Positions 49,135 through 57,412 of a stretch of 57,412 bases of DNA are shown piece after piece (within the stretch, counting starts at the first letter, position 1; every line of letters begins with the position of its first letter). Source of the DNA: Toensbergia leucococca (taxonomy: Eukaryota); NCBI GenBank assembly GCA_022813965.1, contig JALDZS010000153.1, forward strand, positions 1-57,412. Direction: 5' to 3'. Under the pieces are notes generated by a model that worked only from the letters and a program-made list of their open reading frames with translations, was not told where the DNA came from and did not search any database. The translations under genes and the position numbers were made by a program.

Positions 49135-49778
49135 TATTGGGCTTGGAGTGTGTGGGACAAATTAAAGATACCCTCATGATTACTGGCGCGCTTGCGATAT
49201 TTCTGCAATGTAAGAGATCTGGTGGGGCGCATTGCATTGATATCTTATGCAGGCAAGGCGCACATCATCGGCGCAGGAGGGCGTTTCGGACCGAGGGAGA
49301 ATCCAAAACGACGCACGGGGGCTACTTTGCAAATTGGGTTTAAGATCTGATGTGCCCGAAGGTGGGAATTCATTGCAGATCTGTGATCGCGATCTTGAGT
49401 GCAGCATTTAAGGACAATCAACTTACACCCTAAGGGTCAGGTAGATCATGTCCGTCACACAACTCTTTAGCGGAATGGTATGTGGTTGATTTGTTGATGG
49501 AATGATTCAAGGCTCAGTCTTCATTCTTAAATGTTATATCTCTTCATTCATAAAGCAGTCTCTGCACTTACTCAACCTCATTGACTGCATTCAATGAAGC
49601 CTTGAGTAATACATTCCCTTGATTCAAGTAAAGGGAGTGTATTCAAGTTACATTTTGCAACTTCACCTTAGATTAATTCTAAGATAGTTTTTATTATCTG
49701 TGAGAACTGTTTCAAACATTATCATTGTCAGTGAGGCAGCTCTGAATAATAAGAAACAGTGAGTAAAAAATTTATGAG

Positions 49779-49994
49779 TGTCACAGTCAGGCCTAGAGTC
49801 TAGTCATAGAAGTACCATTGAATAGAACACTAAAGATAAAGATCTAAAAGTATAGGAGGGGAACGCTGTATAAGTATCTGACAGAGTGTCACTGAGTAAC
49901 AGCTGTGACATTTAACAACCTTACATGTCAACTTTTAGCTCTTGTGTTGACCTTAATCTGTGCATAAGCTAGAATGTTAGAGTGAACTGTAACA
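49779..49994. repeat. 3' LTR (216 bp) of the gypsy element
   Basis: tgtcacagtc…ctgtaaca; aligns end to end with 56577-56791. Confidence 0.92.
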
Positions 49995-52900
49995 TTACCC
50001 TTCCCTGCAAGTAAGCAATGCCCTCATTGCTTGTAAAGAATAAAAGAAAAGAAATGAAAAAATGAAAAGAAAACGCTTTTGTTGTGCAGAAAAAATTATC
50101 ATGTCCCTGCTCATGTCATACTAGAAGTCGTGAATTTTTATGAGAAAATTGACGCGCGCATACAAAAACATGCATCCTGAAATTTTTTCCTGCAGTTCAG
50201 TGTGTGTGAGTGCCTAACAGTCTAACAGATACTTAGTGAGTATATAAAAGAGAGTAATTTATCTGTTTATCTTGATACCTGCTGACTCAGCTTGCAGAGA
50301 TAAGGATTAGAGCTATCAGTTGACTTTCTGACTGAAATCTTGAGGCACTTTTCTTAAGGCGCTTAACAGTGACAGACTAAAGTTCTGAGTTCATTTAAAT
50401 AAAGCCCTTAATAAAGACTTAACTGCGCTGCTTAATTAAGTTGCAGATAAGCTTCAGATGACTTTCAGACATCAGAGAGCTGTTCTTAATAATAATGCAG
50501 GTGAGGTTCAGACTTGTTCAGATACTGAGCATGAAATGCATTTACAAGTTCTTAAGAGTGCTTAAACTCATTGTCATTTATATTGTATCAGATGTTATTC
50601 TGAAGATAATTATATTATTCAACTCAGTATTAAAGGCAGTGATTAATATTAGTATAACAGAAATCTATAATCTTATCTATCACTTATTTATCTTGATTAT
50701 TAACTATCACTGATCTAAGAGAAGCGTTGATTTGCCTGAGAAGAGAGTTCATAATGACAGTCTGAAGATGTATGACATAAAATACTGAGTGTATCTTTAT
50801 AAAGATTAAGAGCTCTAGTCAGTAGATAATTTCAATCTTTTGCAGAATCTTGTACAAATCTATGTTCTTGTTATTAAGCTTGAGGCACAGCCTCTTAGTC
50901 TTGATGTTGTAACAGTCAAGAAAAACCTTCTGACTCATCTTATAGATGACATCTTTGTGACAGTGATTAGTGTTGTTAATCATAACAGCTTGAGCTTATT
51001 GCAGTTGTTATTTCATATATGTCAAGCTGTCTTTTATAGTTTCAGCAATATCTTCTGCTCAGTGAGCAAAAAGACACTTCTGAGTACTTTTATAAGTAAA
51101 GGTATTTAGACTGAAACTCATTTAAAGGTAAAAACCTTTGTTCATAAAGAATGAAGACATTCTTATAACAGAGAAAACATTATTGTTATCTGCAAAGTCT
51201 CTTATGAGTAAGTGTCAGACTTAGTCATTCTGATAATAATTGCAATAGAGCTAAAGATGAGACTCTATATCTTTATTGACACATTTAAATTGCTTATTCA
51301 TCTGAGAGTAAAAGATGATGCTCAGATAAACATTGATGAACAGACACTTGCATAAGACCTTTCACATAATAAATACAAACTGAGACTTGCAATCTGAAAC
51401 AATAGAGACTAACAGCTCATGCAGCTGAAAGACATTCTGAATTATTATCTCTGCAGCTCACTTTACAGAGATGCTGTTCTTATTGATAAAGCATGACACA
51501 TAGTGATGTTCCTTGCTGAGGTGATTGATGATAATAAGAATGACGTTCTTACTTTCAGACTCTAAAAGTTCAGTGATAAAATTCATGACAATATTCTCTT
51601 AGTGTTTCACAGATATAAGTAATGACTGCAGCAGCTCATTGAGCTTCTCTTTAAAGGTCTTTGTCTGACAGCAGTCATGACAGTTTTAGCAGTAACATTT
51701 TACAGAGACTCACAATCTGAGTCAGAAATAATATCATTGTAGAAGAGCTTTCATGTGAGTAATCTCTGAATAATCACTGACTGAAGATTTATAAATCTTT
51801 AGAAGAATCTCAAACCTTACCTAATCATCTGTTAGAACTTATAACTTATCTTTGCAGTAAAGAACATCATCTTTTAGAGAACATATTCATAAACTGATGC
51901 TCTTATAATGTGCCTTGCATTCTGTCTAGACTCTTTTAGCTGTCAGACACTTCAGATCAGTCTTGCTGATCTCTATTGCTTGTTTAAACAGAGAGAATAA
52001 GAGATCTTTTAGATTATTCTTCAGGTCAGTCTCTAAGACATGATCTGTCATAAGATTATCAGTAACATCTGAAATATTTTTTTCTTTCAAGTTAAGGAGT
52101 TCAGAGATGATAAGGGTTCACTTCATTAAAGAAGTCTTTAATCATTCAGTCATCAGTAGAATCTGATATTGATGCAGCTTTTAAGAATCTTTATCATTCA
52201 GAGATAAAGAGTTAAGCAGTCTGCTCATAGCATCTGCCTTTGCATTCTGTGAGCTCATTTAATTTTGAATCTTAAAGTTAAACTTAAAGAGCTTTTTAGC
52301 TTAATGAGTTTGCCTTCAGATCAGTTCTTTACTTTTTATAAAGTAGATGAGAGCTTTATAATCAGTAAAGATCTTCACAGAGATTTTAGTACTCTTCAGA
52401 TCTGACTGTTAATTTTTAAGATAATGAATAATTGTCAGTAGCTTCTTATCATAGATCTTATAACTGCATTCTATAGATATAAGGTTTTTATTAAAGAAAA
52501 TCACTAAGTGCAGCAGGTCATCATCTTTATACTGAGATAAGATGCCTTTACTAATATCATTAAAGAAGTCACATTTCAGAATAATCATCTGAGTTTAATC
52601 AAAATGAGTGAGCACTGATAATTCTGTCACTGTTTTCTTAAGAAGTTCAAAGGCTTTCTGACAGACATTTATTCAGTTATACTGTTTGTTCTTATCACTT
52701 AGCTGCGTCAGTAAGTGAATGATTTTGTTAAAGTTCTTGATAAATCACTGAGAGAAGTTACAGAAGTCAATAAAGAACTTTTTCTTCTTAAGACACTGAG
52801 AGATGTTTCAGTTAGTGATCATCTCAATCTTCTGAGGGTTTATTCTCAGTTCATCAATAAAAATCAGCAAGTCTAAGAAGATAGTCTTTGTGATAAAAAA

Positions 52901-54011
52901 CTCACTCTTTCTAATGTCAATTTACAGATCAGCAGTCTGAAGCTTCTCAAGAACATTTCTAGCATGTTTAACATATTCTTACTGAGTCTTGCTGTAGATG
53001 AGAATGTCATTCAAGTATGTCTAAGCATAGTCATTGAGACATTCAAAGAGGGTGTCATTGATGTAATGCTGAAAGAAGGTCAGTTTATTAAGCAAGTTAA
53101 AAGAAAGAATATTATACTTGTACACTCTTATAGAGGTGCAGAAGGTAGTGAGTTTCTTACTGTCTGAGTGCATTCACAGTTTGTTGAAGACTGTAATGAT
53201 GTTAAACTTAATGATAAACTTGCAGTCAGTAATCTAAGTCAAAGTCTTAGTGAGTAAGAGCATTCAAGTGTCAGTAATCTACACAGAAGTGTAGACTGTC
53301 ATTCAATTTGACTACAAACAGAATGAGAGACACAAAGAGAGTCTTACTCAGAATAATAAACCCCTTGTCTAAATTCTTGAACAAGTACTTCTTTACCTTC
53401 TAAAGTTTCTTTCTGAACATAAGATACAGTCAGCTCTTAGATAGTAAATTCTGACTCTCTAACTCTATCTTATAATTATAAGAGTGTCTAAGAGACAGGA
53501 CTTTGACTGCTTGCTTATCAAAAACATTAGTGTAATCATGATATTCTGAGAGCAGTTTAATCATCAGTTTTATGATGTTCATTAGACTCATTTTACTCAG
53601 AAAGGTGACCTTTAATAAGAAAGAATTCTCAGTCACTTTCTGCATCTGTAACTTCTTAATCTTTATAATGATGATAAAGAAAACCTGATTCAGTAAGTTC
53701 TTCATTAAAAGGTAAAATGAGGCGGTGTTGACTTCATAAATATTTACTGAGATGAGTGTTTGATGACTCTTAAATTGTCTTCAGGTCAGAATCACAGCTT
53801 CTATCTATGTCAGGTTTACTGTGATGTTCATTCTTTAGTAAGCAATCTCAGTTTCTGTTCAGTAACTTCTGTATAATGTCTCTGAGAACAAAGGCTTCTA
53901 AGTATTTAAAAGAGTGCACAAAGATGTCTTATTTTCTCAGAGAAAGTTTGAGTTTAATCAGAAGTATTGCCAGTCAGGTTACTGTAAAAGGGAAAGACAT
54001 AAGAGAGAAGG

Positions 54012-54163
54012 TGTCACGGTTCTATCTTAGGTTAGCGTCCCCAGGGCCGGATCATCGATTGTTCCGGCCCCACACACTAGATATTTGCAATCCTAGCACG
54101 TAGAACGTGAGTGAGGAGACAACATAGCAAGGGGATTACCAAGTATCATTTTGAACCCTTACA
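54012..54163. mobile_element. Nested solo LTR (152 bp) of a second retrotransposon family with perfect 5-bp TSD
   Basis: gaagg|TGTCACGG…CCCTTACA|gaagg (TSD at 54007-54011 and 54164-54168). It retains CpG and CC/GG, unlike its host. Confidence 0.88.
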
Positions 54164-54187
54164 GAAGGCTTGCCTGAAGGTTACTTA

Positions 54188-54246
54188 ATTGAAGAGAACT
54201 TAATTGAAGAGATCTTAACTGAAGAGATCTTAACTGAAGAGACTGA
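54188..54246. repeat. 15-bp tandem repeat (~4 copies) within the pol region
   Basis: ttaa(t/c)tgaagaga(ac/tc) x4. Confidence 0.8.
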
Positions 54247-56576
54247 AGCTTTAAAGAGTTTAGTAATATGTCAGTGATCTAAGAAGAGATTGACTTTAGA
54301 TACATTCTTAACTGTTAGAATCACTGTAAATGCTCTGAGATGATCACATCTTTCAGGCAAGAAATAAAGCTCATCAGCACTCATGTTCAGCAATATCTCA
54401 TAATAATTCATTTAGATTTTTTTTTAAAATAATATTATGTTAATCTAATGTGATGATCAATAATAAGCAGAACAGTTCAGAGTAATCTGTTATCTGTAAG
54501 TCTATCAGAATCTAATGTGTAATAGATGTAAGGTGTTTCTTATTAAAGTCTCAGATAAGTTTAGACTTAATTAATAAAATAGATGAGATAGAGAAGAGTT
54601 TACAAAGGGAATACGCAGCATTAGAATCAATAAAAGCATAGTTATGAGCATCAGTGTTAATTAAAGCTTATATTTTGTAATTAATGTTGATTACAAACAG
54701 AGTGCATGCTGTAATAAAAGGCTTGAGTGCATAAGGATTCTGATCAGAATTTAAAGAAGTAATTGACAACTCTCCCTTCATTATATCTTTGATGAAGGGC
54801 TTTAGTTTTCTGTCTTTAAAGTCTCTTCAGCCTTCTCTTCTGTCTCTTCTTTATTTTTATTCTCATCAATGTTTGAAATCTCTTAAATGTGATCTCTAAG
54901 ACTGACTTTCTTTAACTCTGTACAGTCTGAAGCAAAGTGACTGAGCTTGTCACAGTTGTAGCAGGTTCTTAGAGTGCGCAAAAAGTCTTTCACATCTGAG
55001 AGCATGATTTAGAAGGGTCTGCTCTGAGAGAAGGTCAGAGCACAGACAGTCATAGACTTGCTAGTCAAGATGATTATCCGCTTCTCTGAGCAAGCACTGT
55101 GAGTTATCAAGGTCTGAGAGATAAGATTAAAGATCTTGTAGATAAGTTTCACAGAGAAAAGAGAGATAGCTTCATGTAATGTTCAGTTGTAACTCTGTTT
55201 TTTATCTACCTTTTGCAGATAGCTCTGCAGTTCTGAGAGACTGATAAAGTCTGATGAGATAGTAGTTAGAACTGTCTGTAACTGAGGGTTGACTTTTTTC
55301 TTTAGATAGATAATGAGAGTAGTCTTATTAATGTCTAATGATAAGGTTAGAAGAAAAAAGGTTGCATAGAACTAATAAAAAGGCTCATTATTTATCTGCT
55401 GTAGTTTATTGGAATTTTAACAGACATTCTGAACCTTATTGAGGTCCTCATAAATAGTTACTAAATATATAATAATGTTTATTGCAGATAAGAAAGAATT
55501 AATGATGATAGACAGTGATCTTAGAAGACAATAGTTGAGAGCATTACTTTTGAGAGAACAGATAATTAAAGTCTTCTGTTTTTATGTGATGAGATACTAA
55601 TCTTGATTATCAGTCAGCTTAAGCTTTATCTGCAGCTGTCATTTCTTAAAGATAGAACTCTTTTTATTAGATAGTTTCTTAGAATTTAAAATCTTTTTAG
55701 ACAGATAAGAAGCTTAAAAAGGGAGATTATAGAAGTCTAAAGGTGAATTCAGTGATGAAATCTGCAGTTATTTCTCTGTTAAGACAGTGAACAGCTTCAG
55801 TTTAAGCTAACAGATCTTAGCTTGACAGTTGATTACCTTCATAATCTTTTTATCAAGCTTGATCTGCGTTTTAAGCATCTGATCTAAAGAAGTCTCTGTC
55901 TCTAAATCTTTAAGGTTAACATGATTAAGATCTATTACCTGCTGCGCAAGATGATTCTATTGCTGTTAAGCTTCTGTCACCTTTTCTGTCATAAGAAAAA
56001 GTTTATCTTATTGTTCTTTAAGATGTCAGAGATAATTCAAGCAGGCTTGCAGAGGCTGATTCAAAAAATCTCATAGTTATGTAGAAGTAAAGATGTCTTT
56101 CAGATTGAATACTGCTGAATCTTTATCTTCATTGTCTTTAAAAGATGACTTAATAAGTGATGCATTAGATAAAGAAAGGTTAGAGTAAAGCTGAGCCTTA
56201 AGCTGTGTCAGATATTTAGAGAGAGACTAACTGTTAGAAGTCTCTGCTTTAAAAGAATTGTTTATGATTAAGAAGAGGTAGAGAGACAATCATAAAAGAA
56301 GAAAAGGGTTGAAGAATGTTGAAAAGGTTTGTTGTGATAAAAGGTAAACATTTGTTGTAATAATACTTAAGATGTTAAACAGTGTTGAGATATTGTTTGT
56401 TGTTATGTTCTATGCATAGAATGTGATGCATAGTGTGTCAAGAGCCTTGATAAAAAAGTGTTAAAGAATAATTTTGTCACACTTATATAAAGACAAGATG
56501 AAATAAGAATATCTAAGGTTATCAGACTTGTATGAAGACAAGCTGATAGAACATTTGATATAAATCTTTAATGTAA

Positions 56577-56791
56577 TGTCATAATCAGACCTAGAGTTTA
56601 GTCATAGAGATACTATTAAATTAAACACTAAAGGTAAAGATTTAAAGTACAGAAGAGAAACACTGTATAAGTATTTAGCAGGGTGTCACTGAGTAACAGC
56701 TATGACATTTAACAATCTCACATGTCAATTTTTAACTCTTGTATTGACCTTAATTTGTGTGTAAGCTAGAATGCTAGAGTAAACTGTAACA
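56577..56791. repeat. 5' LTR (215 bp) of the gypsy element
   Basis: tgtcataatc…ctgtaaca. Confidence 0.92.
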
Positions 56792-56869
56792 CTATGTCAG
56801 CATTAGAAAAGTATCTGTTCTCTTGACATTATACTTCTTAAAAGTTATAACAAGATTACTTTAGCTTTA

Positions 56870-57160
56870 TAGAAGGTATAGAGAGAAAATAAGGTTAAAG
56901 AGAGAAGAAAAACAATGTATAAGGTAAGAGTCATGTCAGAGATCTATCAGTTAAATTACAGATCACACTGATATTTTTTAGATGTTAGGCTAACACACTG
57001 TAGTAAGTTTTGTTTCACTTAAGTAAGAGAGAGACAATAAAGACAAAGAAGAGATAAAAAGAATATATAATTAGAGATCACATTTAAGATCTATCAGTCT
57101 GAGTATAAAACACACTGATGTTATTTAAATGATAGTCTAATATGATTGTGATGTTTTAAG
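56870..57160. repeat. Degenerate ~147-bp subtelomeric tandem duplication
   Basis: gatctatcagt…cacactgat occurs at 56941 and 57088, each preceded by a similar GA-rich tract. Confidence 0.6.
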
Positions 57161-57311
57161 TTTTATTCTATGACTTTAAAATAGTAATGAATGCTATGAG
57201 AAGAAAGACTTAATATACTGATAAAGAAATTCCATATCTGATGATTATAAGAAGAAGAGAAATAACAAAGAAAAAGTAGAGAGAAAAAGAATTATTATTA
57301 TAGAAATTTGG

Positions 57312-57412
57312 TTAGGGTTAGGGTTAGGGTTAGGGTTAGGGTTAGGGTTAGGGTTAGGGTTAGGGTTAGGGTTAGGGTTAGGGTTAGGGTTAGGGTTAGG
57401 GTTAGGGTTAGG
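57312..57412 (+). repeat. Telomeric repeat (TTAGGG)n, right chromosome end
   Basis: About 17 perfect TTAGGG units running to the window end, with the G-rich strand pointing outward. Confidence 0.99.

Larger units (their letters stand above)
49779..56791 (-). mobile_element. Ty3/gypsy chromovirus LTR retrotransposon, full length, destroyed by C>T/G>A hypermutation
   Basis: TG…CA LTRs at 49779-49994 and 56577-56791, with PPT AGGGAAGGGTAA next to the left LTR. Minus-strand relics in gypsy order: gag knuckle CYNCDKLSHFASDC (~54920-54965), protease ALINTDAHNYAFID (~54625-54670), RT YLNDILIYS (~52991-53017), RNase H IYDKKLLTII (~52430-52460), integrase FYSQMNKQFK (~51285-51315), chromodomain relic (~50510-50700). 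Confidence 0.93.

Noticed and set aside
49608..49643. Hairpin aatacattccctt/aagggagtgtatt, and a similar imperfect inverted repeat at 44404-44485
   Set aside because: Short, with no Helitron CTRR end or TSD; cannot be assigned.
50495..53705. Short I/L/K/N-rich ORFs within the AT-rich terminal region
   Set aside because: They are chance frames or fragments of the mutated pol gene (53430-53705 is an RT-proximal remnant), not independent genes.

Overview
This is a eukaryotic window from a filamentous ascomycete (Pezizomycotina-type GT-AG introns with CTAAC/CTGAC branch sites, TTAGGG telomere). It is the last ~57 kb of a chromosome arm. Bases ~1-7.7 kb are a graveyard of decayed minus-strand genes: an RRM/EKR-repeat relic, a stop-interrupted coiled-coil ORF and a GIY-YIG-like/Zn-finger relic, with a ~190-bp diverged direct repeat. 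Next come a DHA1 MFS transporter, a block of orphan ORFs, an SRPK-like kinase with degenerate catalytic motifs, and a frameshifted multi-C2H2 gene. An allantoate-permease-type MFS follows, then a SEC24-family (SFB3-like) gene head-to-head with a neutral ceramidase. An intron-containing tRNA-Ala(CGC) sits between two long-TIR foldback elements. Then come an HSP20 gene with a perfect HSE, a DUF3433-type membrane protein gene, a decayed RBR E3 ligase, and a divergent nucleotide-sugar transporter / GT25 glycosyltransferase pair. The arm ends with a ~7-kb heavily transition-mutated chromoviral Ty3/gypsy element carrying a nested, unmutated 152-bp solo LTR, a short subtelomeric junction and (TTAGGG)n. 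All calls come from motif recognition by eye, and no database search was run. I found no firmly supportable new system. The best leads are the NST-GT25 pair, the GIY-YIG-like relic between direct repeats, the CpG/CpC-biased RIP-like signature, and a recurrent C-rich to G-rich switch at gene 3' ends.
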